Below, piece after piece: positions 26,173-36,086 of a DNA stretch of 64,000 nt. Position numbers and translations under genes: made by a program. Each line of letters starts with the position of its first letter. The first letter of the stretch is position 1. Source of the DNA: Candidatus Nanosyncoccaceae bacterium (GTDB lineage Bacteria; Patescibacteriota; Saccharimonadia; Saccharimonadales; Saccharimonadaceae); contig JBMNHQ010000002.1 of NCBI GenBank assembly GCA_050950465.1, positions 33,670 through 97,669 of the forward strand, given 5' to 3'. The notes under the pieces are model-generated. The model did no database searches and was not told the origin of the DNA. It saw nothing but the letters and a program-made list of their open reading frames with translations.

Positions 26173-26203
26173 AAAAGCACTCTGAACTCAGAGTGCTTTT
26201 TTG
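26173..26203 (+). terminator. Rho-independent terminator of the adhesin gene
   Basis: AGCACTCTGA (26176-26185), loop AC, TCAGAGTGCT (26188-26197), then a TTTTTT run. Confidence 0.8.
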
Positions 26204-26220
26204 TGATAGAATGTAATACT

Positions 26221-27051
26221 ATGAAACCAATTACTAAAGCTATCGTCCCAGTTGCGGGATGGGGGACTCGCCGCCTGCCAATCACTAAAGCTATTGAAAA
26301 GTGTATGCTACCTATAGGCAATCGACCAATTGTTGACTTTGTAGTTGAGGATTGTGTCAAAGCTGGCGTTAAAGATATTTATTTTATTATTAGTCCCGGG
26401 GTAACTCAGTTGAAAGACTACTACTCGGTGAATGATAATTTAGAGCATTATCTTGAAAAGAACAATAAGACTGATTATATTAAGCAAGTTCGTCCACCAA
26501 AAGGCGTTAATTTTCATTACATAGAGCAGGATGTTAATCGAGATCCACGTTATGGCACAGCTATTCCGGTTAGTTTGGTATTGCCCAAACTAGATAAAGA
26601 CGAGTCAGTTGTGGTCTTGATGGGAGATGACTTTACCTATAATGCCGATGGTAAAAGTGATGTCCAGAAGATGATTAATCAGGCGGGGGCTGGGCAATCA
26701 GTTATTTTAGGTGCTAGAATTGATCGCTCCGAAGTGGGGCGTTACGGTGTGATTGAATTGGACGACCAACATCATTTTGTGCAAATTGTTGAAAAACCGA
26801 CGCCAGAAGAGGCACCAAGTAATATGATAAACATTAGTAAATATTTATTGTCACCCGAAGCCTTAAGATTAATTGGTGAATATGCCAAACGTGACGATAT
26901 TATTGGGGAGTATTATATTACTGTACCACTAAACCAGTATGTTGAGCAGGGAGGCCAAATGAAAGTGGTGCCAGCTGATGGACAGTATTTGGACGGTGGT
27001 AGTGTTGAGGGTTGGTTGCACGCCAATCGAGTAGTTTTGGGTGATATCTGA
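26221..27051 (+). CDS. galU: UTP--glucose-1-phosphate uridylyltransferase-like nucleotidyltransferase
   Basis: The AIVPVAGWGTRRLPITKAIEKCMLPI motif (GxGTRxLPxTK) and VEKP. I prefer the ATG at 26221 (MKPITK) to the ORF-track start at 26203, which sits inside the terminator. Confidence 0.8.
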   Translation: MKPITKAIVPVAGWGTRRLPITKAIEKCMLPIGNRPIVDFVVEDCVKAGVKDIYFIISPGVTQLKDYYSVNDNLEHYLEKNNKTDYIKQVRPPKGVNFHYIEQDVNRDPRYGTAIPVSLVLPKLDKDESVVVLMGDDFTYNADGKSDVQKMINQAGAGQSVILGARIDRSEVGRYGVIELDDQHHFVQIVEKPTPEEAPSNMINISKYLLSPEALRLIGEYAKRDDIIGEYYITVPLNQYVEQGGQMKVVPADGQYLDGGSVEGWLHANRVVLGDI

Positions 27052-27066
27052 CTTGATTAGTAGGGT

Positions 27067-27095
27067 TTGCCAAAAGGTTATTTTTTTGGTATAAT
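27067..27095 (+). promoter_or_regulatory. Near-consensus promoter for rplU
   Basis: TTGCCA (27067-27072), 17 nt, extended -10 TGgTATAAT (27087-27095). Confidence 0.6.
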
Positions 27096-27123
27096 CCAGC
27101 GTTGTAATATTTTAAGGAATTAA

Positions 27124-27432
27124 ATGAGAAAAGCAGTCATCAAAGTTGGCGGCAAACAATATCTTGTCGCTGAAAAAGAGACCCTCTTGGTGGATCTCCT
27201 CCCTGAAGGTACCGAAGAGCTCGAACTTGATGCGCTACTTGTAATTGATGGTGACGACATCAAGGTCGGCACACCAACGGTCAAGGGTGCTAAGGTTAAG
27301 GCTAAGGTCACCGCACCTTTGGTTAAGGGTGATAAAATTCGGATTATTCGCTACAAAGCCAAAAAACGAGTTCATAAAGAAATGGGACATCGTCAAAAGT
27401 ACAGTGCGATTGAAATCGTTTCGATAAAATAA
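27124..27432 (+). CDS. rplU: 50S ribosomal protein L21
   Basis: MRKAVIKVGGKQYLVAEKETLLVD... and KIRIIRYKAKKRVHKEMGHRQ are typical of L21. Confidence 0.92.
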   Translation: MRKAVIKVGGKQYLVAEKETLLVDLLPEGTEELELDALLVIDGDDIKVGTPTVKGAKVKAKVTAPLVKGDKIRIIRYKAKKRVHKEMGHRQKYSAIEIVSIK

Positions 27433-27439
27433 TCTTATG

Positions 27440-27470
27440 AAAACAGCCAGTTTTAACAAGGCTGTTTTTA
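27440..27470 (+). terminator. Terminator after rplU
   Basis: AAAACAGCC (27440-27448), 11-nt loop, GGCTGTTTT (27460-27468), with trailing T/A. Confidence 0.6.
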
Positions 27471-27523
27471 ATTGGTGGGCAATATTTTTTATTCTGCTTG
27501 TGGTACAATAGGAAGGAGGAATT

Positions 27524-28288
27524 ATGGCGACAGTAATAGCAGTAACTAATCAAAAGGGCGGCGTAGGCAAGACGACAACAGCTGTTAATTTAGCTTATTA
27601 TTTAGCAAGATTAGGAAAGAAGACCTTATTAATTGATTTTGATCCACAAGGAAATACGACTAGTGGTTTTGGTGCAAATAAATCAGAGATGACTCTAACC
27701 GTGTCTGATGTGTTGCTAGGCAAGGCAAGTTTAATGGAGGTGGTTATTGAGACACCTTACAAGAATTTATTTTTAACCCCAGCTGTCTCGACCTTAGCTA
27801 ATACTGAGGCAGAGTTAAATCAGGCAGAGCGACGATTCGGTCGATTGCGTCGTGCAGTTACTGATATGGAGGCCGAATTTGATTTTGTTTTGATTGATTG
27901 TCCTCCAAGTTTGAGTCTATTAACGGTCAATGCATTGATCGCGTCGGATTATGTGATTCTTCCTGTGCAGACTGAATTCTATGCGCTAGAGGGGTTGAGT
28001 CAGCTCCTTGAAACGATGAAAATCATACGCGGTGGCATGAACCCCGATTTACAGCTTTTAGGCGTTTTGCCAACTATGGTTGATAGCCGAACAGCACTAT
28101 CGGGGCAAGTTCTACTAGAGATAAAGCGCTTTTTCAAGAATAGGGTTTTTGAAAGCGTGATCCCTCGCAATGTACGTTTAGCGGAAGCACCCAGTCATGG
28201 TGTGCCAATTGGAGAATATGATCGTTTTTCAAAAGGTGCTCGGGCATATAAAGCTCTGGCCAAGGAGGTGATAAAGCGTGTCGGCTAA
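27524..28288 (+). CDS. parA: Chromosome partitioning ATPase ParA/Soj
   Basis: Deviant Walker A NQKGGVGKTTTAVNLA, DCPPSL, and the ParA-type C-terminus. GGAAGGAGG SD. Confidence 0.92.
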   Translation: MATVIAVTNQKGGVGKTTTAVNLAYYLARLGKKTLLIDFDPQGNTTSGFGANKSEMTLTVSDVLLGKASLMEVVIETPYKNLFLTPAVSTLANTEAELNQAERRFGRLRRAVTDMEAEFDFVLIDCPPSLSLLTVNALIASDYVILPVQTEFYALEGLSQLLETMKIIRGGMNPDLQLLGVLPTMVDSRTALSGQVLLEIKRFFKNRVFESVIPRNVRLAEAPSHGVPIGEYDRFSKGARAYKALAKEVIKRVG

Positions 28289-29156
28289 GAAAAAAGCTCT
28301 TGGTCGTGGTTTTGAGTCGTTAATTCCAACGGAATTATTTGATGAGGAGTTCGACCCAACTAGTCGGCAAGACGAGAGAGTGTCACGGCTAATAAAAGTC
28401 AAGCTCAACCTAATTGAACCAAATACCGATCAGCCTCGTAAAAAATTTGATGAAGTGGCTCTAAATCAACTTAGTGAGTCGATTAAAGTACATGGTGTTC
28501 TGCAACCAATTGTGGTGGTGCAAAAAGGTGATAAATACCAGATTGTTGCTGGTGAGAGACGCTATCGTGCATCAATTTTGGCCGGCAAGAAGACTATTCC
28601 AGCAATTGTACGAAAATTATCCGACCAAAACCGACTAGAATTGTCATTAATTGAAAATGTCCAACGTAGCGACTTAAGTGTGATTGAGGTAGCGACTAGT
28701 TACTTAAAGTTGCGTGATCAATTTAATCTAACTTTAGCGGAAATTGGTCGCCGCGTAGGTGGTAAATCTCTCGGGGCGATTAGTAATACCTTGCGCTTAC
28801 TTCGTTTACCAAAGCCAATTATTGAGGCACTAGACGATGGTCGTCTAACAGAGGGTCAAGCTAGACCATTGATTGGCTTGGATGAAAATGTGGCCTTGGA
28901 AATCGCTAACAGTATTGAGAAGCACGATTATTCAGCACGTCAGGTAGAGGACTTAGTCAAGAAGATGAGGACTCAATCAAAGAAATTGGTTAAAAAACCA
29001 GTAAGAAGTGTTTTTGCTGATTTTGAAAAATCTTTATCAGATCGTCTTCAAGCTAAAGTAACGGTAAAACCAAAACGTGATGGTTCGGGACGAATTGAAA
29101 TCTCCTACAAGAACCAGACCGAACTAAATCGTCTAAAAAAAGCATTGAACAATTAA
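28278..29156 (+). CDS. parB: Chromosome partitioning protein ParB/Spo0J
   Basis: LGRGFESLIP N-terminal motif, the ParB box GERRYRAS, and an HTH (LTLAEIGRRVGGKSLGAISNTLRLLRLP). GTG start overlapping parA. Confidence 0.92.
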   Translation: MSAKKKALGRGFESLIPTELFDEEFDPTSRQDERVSRLIKVKLNLIEPNTDQPRKKFDEVALNQLSESIKVHGVLQPIVVVQKGDKYQIVAGERRYRASILAGKKTIPAIVRKLSDQNRLELSLIENVQRSDLSVIEVATSYLKLRDQFNLTLAEIGRRVGGKSLGAISNTLRLLRLPKPIIEALDDGRLTEGQARPLIGLDENVALEIANSIEKHDYSARQVEDLVKKMRTQSKKLVKKPVRSVFADFEKSLSDRLQAKVTVKPKRDGSGRIEISYKNQTELNRLKKALNN

Positions 29157-29161
29157 ATAAA

Positions 29162-29788
29162 TTAGAAAGATCGTAACTTTGTAATTGGCCACCAGCGTAA
29201 AACGACTGGCCCGACGATGTTATAGATTGGCACAGTGCCAAGGCCGTTACGTGAATCGAATGAGTTGTTGCCGTCGCGGTGATCACCTACCACAAAAATC
29301 GTTTTAGCAGGCACGACAGTATCTAAATCGCCAGCTACAGGCGAACGAGGCTGGTCTTTAATGCCTTGATCAGGACTGAATCCATCAGGGTTGTCGTTGT
29401 TATAAACGGTGATGGTGCCATTCTCAATCACAACCCGCTCGCCGGCAAAGGCGATAACGCGTTTGACTAGATATTTGTTTTTTTCATTTGGCCCAGAGTT
29501 ACTCCCAGAATTCTGAAAAACAATTACTTGACCACGCTTGGGCATATAATCAGTGTTTTTAATTTGTGACCAAGTGTGGGGTAAGCGATTAACAATAATT
29601 CGCTCACCGTTGTCGAGAGTGTCTTCCATACTTATACCAACTACACTGTAACTTCTAAAGACAAAGGCATTAACTAACAGGGTTCCGACTACTACGGCAG
29701 CGACAAAAACCATTAAGTTGCTAATGTCGCGCAGTTTATTCGAGCGATTTATATTGATTGTGCTCATACTTATTCCATTATATACCAA
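29162..29788 (-). CDS. lepB: Signal peptidase I
   Basis: N-terminal TM helix, GISMEDTL (Ser box), KRVIAFAGE (Lys box), GDHRDGNNSFDSR (box E). Confidence 0.88.
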   Translation of the reverse strand: MVYNGISMSTININRSNKLRDISNLMVFVAAVVVGTLLVNAFVFRSYSVVGISMEDTLDNGERIIVNRLPHTWSQIKNTDYMPKRGQVIVFQNSGSNSGPNEKNKYLVKRVIAFAGERVVIENGTITVYNNDNPDGFSPDQGIKDQPRSPVAGDLDTVVPAKTIFVVGDHRDGNNSFDSRNGLGTVPIYNIVGPVVLRWWPITKLRSF

Positions 29789-29811
29789 TTACGTTTTAAT
29801 TTTTATTTTTT

Positions 29812-31503
29812 ATGGTTTTCCGTTATACTTATAGATTGTTAATGAAAGTAAAACGTCCAACATCAGTCGATGGTTTTATTCCAGTAAAACGCCAAAATAA
29901 AGCGCCTAAGATTAAGGGCGGTGTTTCTATTCAAACTAACAAATCTATAGTTAACAAGAAGGTTCCGTCTGAATCGATTCAATTGGAGTCAGTTAAAACT
30001 CGAAAAACAGTGGCTAGCGAAAAGATTAAAGACCTGCCACCGATTGACATCGACGATAGTAATAAGAAGCCTTCTAGGCACTTACGTAAGAAGCGTCAAG
30101 CTGGATTTGGTAAGACTAAGAAGAAGCGTAGCGGGTTAGTGCGATTTATAATTTCATTAACTGTTTTAGTAGTAGGCGCCTGTGCGGTTTATGCTGGCAT
30201 GTACACTTATAAGATTGCCCAAGTTTCTAGCAAAGTGTTTACTGGCAGCTGGGCTGGCTTGTTTGTGCATAAGCCACTGAAGACTGACAGCAATGGTAGA
30301 ACCAATGTGTTGGTTTTTGGTACGGCTGAAGACAGTGAGGATGGCAAGCATGGTGGGGCTAACTTGACCGATTCTGTTATGGTGATTAGTTTCAGTAAAG
30401 ATGACGATGATATGGCAATGCTGAATTTGCCACGCGACCTCTGGATAAAGCATGAAAAAATCTGTACTGTTGGCTATCAGGAGAAGCTCAATTCAGTCTA
30501 TTTTTGTGCTTCTGATGATGGCAAAAATGAATTGGCTGGTGCTGAAGCATTGATGCGCAAAGTTACAGAAATAACTGGAGTTGAATTACAATATTATGTT
30601 CATTTGAATTTCAGTGCAGTTATTGGCTTAGTTGATGCGGTCGGTGGGGTTGATGTCGATGTGATGGGTTACGGGCCGGTACCAAGAGGAGTTAAGCCGG
30701 GGAGTATCTTAGATCGTAATTTTGACTGGAAATGTGGTGGTAAGTGTTATTACGTTAAGTATGAACCTGGTGTGCATCATATGGATGGTGAGCATGCTTT
30801 AGCGTTCATTCGTGCTCGTAATGCCAATGGTGGTTATGGCTTGCCCAATTCCAATTTTGATCGTGAAAAAAATCAACAGAAGGTGGTTAATGCTCTGATG
30901 GCGAAGATGATGACAGCCGGTACCCTGAGTGACTACAACAAATTCTCCAAGATTCTCGATACAGTTGGTGATAATTTACGCACCAATTTCTCTTCAGACG
31001 AGGTTCAGTCAGCTATTAGGCTTGCTAAAAAAGCTAAATTTAGCAGTGGGCGCTCCATAACATTGGTTGGTACTGGTGTAAATTTACTAACGACTGGTAA
31101 TATGTACGGTAAATCTTCGGTTTATCCAAAAGCCGGTTTATTTGATTATGAAGCAATTAAGAAACATGTTACCAAGGAGCTGTTGGATGCTGGTTTGTCA
31201 GAAGAGGCTGCTAGAATAGGTGTTTTTAACGCCAGTGGCGAATCGGGTGTGGCTAAGAATTTGGCTGACAAGCTAAAGGAAAATAATATCAATGTGGTTC
31301 AGGTAGGCAACGCTCCTAAAACCTGCTCACCCGAAACACCTACTGCAATTGTTCAGTTAGGCGAAGACTCTAAACCTAAAACTTTAGCTAGATTACGCAG
31401 AGTGGCAAGTGGTCGTAAGATTGATTGTCAACTCGAGTTTGATTATGACAGAACATTAGATTTTATAGTCATCATTAATAGTCTGGAGCCGACGAATGAT
31501 TAG
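29812..31503 (+). CDS. LytR-CpsA-Psr (LCP) family cell-wall glycopolymer transferase with C-terminal LytR_C domain
   Basis: TM helix, LCP core (NVLVFGT..D.....NLTDSVMVISF, NLPRDLW, FIRARN) and a C-terminal IGVFNASGESGVAKNLADKL domain. An alternative start exists at 29842. Confidence 0.85.
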   Translation: MVFRYTYRLLMKVKRPTSVDGFIPVKRQNKAPKIKGGVSIQTNKSIVNKKVPSESIQLESVKTRKTVASEKIKDLPPIDIDDSNKKPSRHLRKKRQAGFGKTKKKRSGLVRFIISLTVLVVGACAVYAGMYTYKIAQVSSKVFTGSWAGLFVHKPLKTDSNGRTNVLVFGTAEDSEDGKHGGANLTDSVMVISFSKDDDDMAMLNLPRDLWIKHEKICTVGYQEKLNSVYFCASDDGKNELAGAEALMRKVTEITGVELQYYVHLNFSAVIGLVDAVGGVDVDVMGYGPVPRGVKPGSILDRNFDWKCGGKCYYVKYEPGVHHMDGEHALAFIRARNANGGYGLPNSNFDREKNQQKVVNALMAKMMTAGTLSDYNKFSKILDTVGDNLRTNFSSDEVQSAIRLAKKAKFSSGRSITLVGTGVNLLTTGNMYGKSSVYPKAGLFDYEAIKKHVTKELLDAGLSEEAARIGVFNASGESGVAKNLADKLKENNINVVQVGNAPKTCSPETPTAIVQLGEDSKPKTLARLRRVASGRKIDCQLEFDYDRTLDFIVIINSLEPTND

Positions 31504-32326
31504 GGCTTTTTTAACTTATTCATCCTCAAAGAATCGTCGTCGTGATTTGGCTAGTAAGATTGTTTATATTGCATTGAATATTGCTTTGGTGGCGAGTATA
31601 GCTATATCTTTGATTGTTTTCTCATCAATTTGGTTAGCAATATCCTTGCTAGTCTTAAGTAAGTGGCGAGTTTTTGCTGTTAAGCCACGTTTCTGGTGGG
31701 CTAATATGCAATCAAATGCAGTTGACTTTATTGTGGGTCTAGGATACATCGTTTATTTATCGCAAATTCCTCTGGGAAGTTATATTAGTCAAGGGATTGT
31801 TACGGTTTTATATATTTTCTGGTTATTGATTGTAAAGCCACGCTCTAGTCGAGTTTGGGTGGTGGTGCAGGGTCTGGCGGCTATGTATATGGGAGTGAGT
31901 TCACTACTGATAATTGGTTCAGATTGGCCCCAATTCTTAGTATTAGGTCCATCAATATTGGTCTGTTTTATAGCACAGCGTCATATATTGGCGGCTCACG
32001 ACATAGAGAATGTTAATTATTATGCTGCTTTGGGTGCCATGATTAGTGGGGAAGTGATGTGGGTGTTGGGCCACTGGGTCGTGTCCTATAATCTACCGCT
32101 AAAAGGACTTTATTTAGTTCAGCCTGCGATAATCTTAGTTTTATTGATGATTGTCGTCGAATTAGTGATAGAATCTATCTTGAATGAACCAGAAAAAAGT
32201 GGTGCAAAAACTAAGAGTGGCTGGCTGGATGACTTACGTCCAGTTCTTTTGCCGATTGGTTTATGTCTAATTACAGTTTTAATCTTGATGATATTCTTCA
32301 CTAAGCCGCTGGTAGGTAACATTTAA
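31496..32326 (+). CDS. Polytopic integral membrane protein (unassigned)
   Basis: About seven hydrophobic helices in the translation. The start overlaps the LCP stop, which suggests translational coupling. Confidence 0.6.
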   Translation: MIRAFLTYSSSKNRRRDLASKIVYIALNIALVASIAISLIVFSSIWLAISLLVLSKWRVFAVKPRFWWANMQSNAVDFIVGLGYIVYLSQIPLGSYISQGIVTVLYIFWLLIVKPRSSRVWVVVQGLAAMYMGVSSLLIIGSDWPQFLVLGPSILVCFIAQRHILAAHDIENVNYYAALGAMISGEVMWVLGHWVVSYNLPLKGLYLVQPAIILVLLMIVVELVIESILNEPEKSGAKTKSGWLDDLRPVLLPIGLCLITVLILMIFFTKPLVGNI

Positions 32327-32346
32327 CTCTATAAGAAAGGGGTCGT

Positions 32347-33510
32347 ATGGATCCGGAAGTAGGAAAAAAATCAAACAACAAAGCTACTATAGTTGCTTTG
32401 GTAATTTTTGGGTTGGTAGCAATACTTAGTATAGTGGTTTATTTTAGCGGTTGGCTAGATAATAAATCTGATCAATTAGTGACCGATCGGTCAAAAATAA
32501 ACATCTCGGGGTCTGGCGATAAAAACTCCTATCAGTTTGCCGAGCAGAAAATATCTATTAGTGATGTGGTCGATAAGGTGTCACCGAGCGTGGTTTCGAT
32601 TTTGACAACCACAAATTCAATGACATTTTGGGGTGAAAGCTCTGTTCAGCAAGGGGCGGGCAGTGGAATAATTTTGTCAAAAGATGGTTATATACTAACC
32701 AATAAGCATGTAGTGAGTGGAGCAAAAGCGGTAGTGGTGGCTTTAGCTAATGGTGAAACTTATGATGACGTTGAGATACTGTTTCTAGACCCAATGAATG
32801 ATTTGGCCTTCTTAAAAATCAATAATGTCAACAACTTAACTCCGATTGAAATTGGCGATTCAAAAACCATCAAGGTTGGGCAACCAGTCTTGGCGATTGG
32901 TAATGCACTAGGTGAATATCAAAATACCGTAACTGATGGAATTATTTCAGGGGTTGGAAGGAATATTGTCGCTCAGGGCGGTAATGGCTATGGTGCAGTT
33001 AAATCTGAAGGTTTGAGCGACCTAATTCAGACTAATGCGGCGATTAATTCAGGTAACTCTGGTGGTCCACTGGTAAATGCTGGTGGACAATTAATCGGTA
33101 TTAATACGGCAGTTGCGCAAAATGCACATGGTATTGGCTTTGCGATTCCAGTTGGTGCTGCTAAAGGCGTAATCAAGCAATTAGGACGAGACGATTCAAA
33201 TATTAGACGGGGTTATATTGGTGTTAGTTATATGGAGATTACTCCTACAGTAGCAAAACAACGTAATTTAGCGCGATCACGTGGTGCAATTATTAGTCAA
33301 AATGGCGTTATGTCAGGCTCACCAGCCAAAGCAGCTGGCCTGCGCGAAGGTGATATCATTACCAAAGTTAATGATAGTGATATCGGAGTGGTTGGTAGTG
33401 TAGCAACGTTGGTGGCCGAATATAGCCCTGGTGAAATAGTTGAGCTGATAATCTTACGAGATGGCTCTGAGCAGGCTATTAAAGTTGAGGTTGGTCAGTA
33501 TACTGACTAA
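32347..33510 (+). CDS. htrA: HtrA/DegP-family serine protease with one PDZ domain
   Basis: N-terminal TM helix. Catalytic triad contexts TNKHV, NDLAFLK, GNSGGPLVN. C-terminal PDZ (GLREGDIITKVND). Confidence 0.9.
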   Translation: MDPEVGKKSNNKATIVALVIFGLVAILSIVVYFSGWLDNKSDQLVTDRSKINISGSGDKNSYQFAEQKISISDVVDKVSPSVVSILTTTNSMTFWGESSVQQGAGSGIILSKDGYILTNKHVVSGAKAVVVALANGETYDDVEILFLDPMNDLAFLKINNVNNLTPIEIGDSKTIKVGQPVLAIGNALGEYQNTVTDGIISGVGRNIVAQGGNGYGAVKSEGLSDLIQTNAAINSGNSGGPLVNAGGQLIGINTAVAQNAHGIGFAIPVGAAKGVIKQLGRDDSNIRRGYIGVSYMEITPTVAKQRNLARSRGAIISQNGVMSGSPAKAAGLREGDIITKVNDSDIGVVGSVATLVAEYSPGEIVELIILRDGSEQAIKVEVGQYTD

Positions 33511-34382
33511 TGAGCTTGTGCTGCGGTGATGTAGTTGGTGCGTTTGATGTTTTTGAAGTCGTTTCGTTGTAATTTCTCAGTAATTAATTTTTGTTGACGC
33601 GGGTCTGATTCAAGGATTAGCCAACCGTTGGGATGGAGATTTCGCTGATCTTTAATTTGATCAATCAGCTGGCTGATTAGAGTTAGTCCATTATCGTCAG
33701 CAAAGAGGGCCGATTTTGGTTCAAATTCAACTTCTGCACCTATCTCCCACGCGGTCGATACATAGGGCAGGTTTGCAGTGATAATGTCATATTTTTCAGT
33801 AATATTTTCCAACAAATTGTTTCGAATAACTTTTGTGTTCATGGCCCCTAGTTTAATTTGATTTTGTCGACAAATCTCTAGTGCCTTTGGGTCTATATCC
33901 GATAAGGTGGTCCTATAAGGTATTTCAAGTTGATTAAGCTCTAATGATAAACTCAAGCCAATTACGCCCGAGCCGCAACCAACATCAGCGATTTTAATTG
34001 GTCGAGCATCAATTGTTTTGGAAATGTTTATAGCTTGCTCGACTAATTCTTCAGTCTCTGGGCGGGGTATTAATACATCTGGCGAGACGATAAAATCATA
34101 GCCAAAAAATTCCTTTTGTCCAGTAATGTATGCCACTGGATAGCTAACAGCTCTTTTTTGCAATAGTCGATTAGCTATTTTTTGTTCGTCTATAGTTAGA
34201 GTTGCTTCTGGATGAGTGTGTAAGTTAATACGTTCTACGTTTAAGACATGGGCTAAAATTAGCTCAGAGTCTAGCTGTGGCGTAACAATACCATTAGACT
34301 TTAAGTACTGGCTAGCTTGCTCGAGCCATTTGCCACGATTAGTGGCTGTCTTCGTCATCATTAGCGATAAGTTCTTGCTCAT
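33507..34382 (-). CDS. prmC: Release factor glutamine N5-methyltransferase PrmC/HemK
   Basis: SAM motif [11 protein letters not shown] and catalytic NLPY (NPPY type). Downstream of, and overlapping, prfA. Confidence 0.85.
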   Translation of the reverse strand: MSKNLSLMMTKTATNRGKWLEQASQYLKSNGIVTPQLDSELILAHVLNVERINLHTHPEATLTIDEQKIANRLLQKRAVSYPVAYITGQKEFFGYDFIVSPDVLIPRPETEELVEQAINISKTIDARPIKIADVGCGSGVIGLSLSLELNQLEIPYRTTLSDIDPKALEICRQNQIKLGAMNTKVIRNNLLENITEKYDIITANLPYVSTAWEIGAEVEFEPKSALFADDNGLTLISQLIDQIKDQRNLHPNGWLILESDPRQQKLITEKLQRNDFKNIKRTNYITAAQAH

Positions 34383-35415
34383 AGAGCTTGAGCTTCTCTA
34401 GTAAATCTGCAATATCACCATTCATGGCAGCAGGAATATTGCTGCGGGTATAGCTGATGCGGTGGTCAGTGATACGGTCTTGAGGAAAGTTATAGGTACG
34501 GATTTTTTCACTGCGATCGCCTGAACCAATCAAACTACGCCGCTTACTGCTCAATTTAGCTTGTTCTTCTTCTAATTTAGCTTGAAGCAGGCGACTGCGT
34601 AGGATACTCATGGCCTTAGTCTTATTCTTTATCTGTGATTTTTCATCTTGATTGGCTACAACAATACCGGTTGGTAAATGAGTAATGCGAACAGCTGAGT
34701 CGGTGGTATTAACACTCTGACCGCCGTGTCCACCCGAGCGAAAGACGTCAATTCTCAGATCACTGGGATTGATTTCTATATCGGTTTCTTCGGCTTCTGG
34801 TAAGACTGCGACCGTAACGGTGCTGGTATGAATGCGGCCTTGACTCTCAGTCTCTGGTACACGTTGCACGCGATGTACGCCTGATTCAAACTTGAATGTA
34901 CCATAAGGTTTAACACCATTAATTTTAAAGATCACTTCCTTATAACCACCGGCATCATTAAAACTTTCGCTTAACAGTTCGGTGTGAAAGTTATTTTGTT
35001 CGCAGTAGCGCAGATAAGCTCGGTAAAGTTCGGCTGCAAACAACCCAGCCTCGTCACCACCAGCGCCGGCGCGAATCTCCACCATAGCGTTTTTATTATC
35101 ATTCGGATCTGCGGGAGTTAAAATCTGTGTTAGTTGCTGATTGGTTTGTTTAAGTTTTTGCTCAATTTCCGTTAATTCTTGTTGGGCCAGCTCGGCTAAT
35201 TCGCCATCATCGCTAATCACTAACTTTTGCGTCTCGTCTCTCTGTGTGGTAAGTGATTCACTTTGTTTTACGAGATCTAAGATCTCTGTTAATTCACTCA
35301 AACGACGCATTTTGTTGGCATAGTCAGGGTGATTAAAGGCATTGGGCCCGCTTGAGAAGGCGGTTAGCTTATTCTTCTCGTCTAATAGTTTAGTTTTATC
35401 AATTTGTAATCTCAT
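34339..35415 (-). CDS. prfA: Peptide chain release factor 1
   Basis: PxT-type motif in [17 protein letters not shown] and GGQ in [24 protein letters not shown]. Confidence 0.93.
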   Translation of the reverse strand: MRLQIDKTKLLDEKNKLTAFSSGPNAFNHPDYANKMRRLSELTEILDLVKQSESLTTQRDETQKLVISDDGELAELAQQELTEIEQKLKQTNQQLTQILTPADPNDNKNAMVEIRAGAGGDEAGLFAAELYRAYLRYCEQNNFHTELLSESFNDAGGYKEVIFKINGVKPYGTFKFESGVHRVQRVPETESQGRIHTSTVTVAVLPEAEETDIEINPSDLRIDVFRSGGHGGQSVNTTDSAVRITHLPTGIVVANQDEKSQIKNKTKAMSILRSRLLQAKLEEEQAKLSSKRRSLIGSGDRSEKIRTYNFPQDRITDHRISYTRSNIPAAMNGDIADLLEKLKLYEQELIANDDEDSH

Positions 35416-35460
35416 AGAAGTCTCTTATTTGGTTTTTAGTATAAATCATTTAATGAAATA

Positions 35461-35490
35461 AAACACATCTCCTTGACTAGAGATGTGTTT
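35461..35490 (-). terminator. Terminator between rpmE and prfA
   Basis: AAACACATCTC (35461-35471), 8-nt loop, GAGATGTGTTT (35480-35490): an 11-bp perfect stem, with a T-rich tract downstream on the minus strand. Confidence 0.6.
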
Positions 35491-35503
35491 CAAGAAAACT
35501 AAG

Positions 35504-35929
35504 CTATTTGCTTTTAGATTCAGTTTTTGTGGCTTTTTTAGCCTTAACAGCTGACTTCTTTAGTTTTTCAGCTTTTGTAGCTGGTTTGCTTTCAGCTTCC
35601 TTAACCTTTTTTACTGGCTTTTTTGCAACTTTTTTAGTCTTTTTTGCGGCGACCTTCTTAGCCATTTCAGCTTGATGCTTTTTGGCAGCCTCAGCCTGCT
35701 TCTTAAAGCGGTCAACTCGACCTTCGGTATCGATGATCTTCTCTTCACCAGTGAAGAAAGGATGCGAAGCGCTGGAAATATGAACTTTAACTAGTGGATA
35801 TTCATTTCCATCTTCCCACTTGATAGTTTCTTCGCTAGGAGCGGTGCTTTTAGTCAAGAAACTAAAACCGGCTGCTTCGTCGCTAAATACGACAAGCCGA
35901 TATTCTTTAGGATGTATACTGCTTTTCAT
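35504..35929 (-). CDS. rpmE: 50S ribosomal protein L31, type B (no CxxC), with ~60-aa Lys/Ala-rich C-terminal extension
   Basis: [10 protein letters not shown]...[16 protein letters not shown] is the L31 core. It is followed by [36 protein letters not shown]...KSK. Confidence 0.88.
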   Translation of the reverse strand: MKSSIHPKEYRLVVFSDEAAGFSFLTKSTAPSEETIKWEDGNEYPLVKVHISSASHPFFTGEEKIIDTEGRVDRFKKQAEAAKKHQAEMAKKVAAKKTKKVAKKPVKKVKEAESKPATKAEKLKKSAVKAKKATKTESKSK

Positions 35930-35969
35930 AATCCCCGGATTTTAGAGGAAATTATCTGATTTGTCAAAC

Positions 35970-35998
35970 TTGACTAGGGTGGGCTTGTTTGTTAGAAT
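35970..35998 (+). promoter_or_regulatory. Near-consensus promoter for rpsB-tsf, leaving a ~85-nt leader
   Basis: TTGACT (35970-35975), 17 nt, TAGAAT (35993-35998). ATG at 36087 with an AAAGGAG SD. Confidence 0.6.
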
Positions 35999-36086
35999 TG
36001 TGAACGTAATAAATTTAATGACACAGTCTGTCGTTTTCTCCTGCCGAGTAAGGTAGTGGCGATGGGCGAGGTAAAAGGAGTACAAA

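Noticed and set aside
26163-27553. Small ORFs 26163-26360(-), 27120-27311(-), 27235-27459(-), 27245-27427(+) and 27344-27553(-)
   Set aside because: They overlap galU, rplU, the terminator hairpins or the parA promoter region. No motif or SD supports them.
27433-29160. Replication origin next to parA-parB
   Set aside because: There is no dnaA or dnaN. I saw no cluster of DnaA boxes (TTATCCACA-like) and no long AT-rich unwinding element in the flanking intergenic regions. The spacers are short and are occupied by a terminator and an SD.
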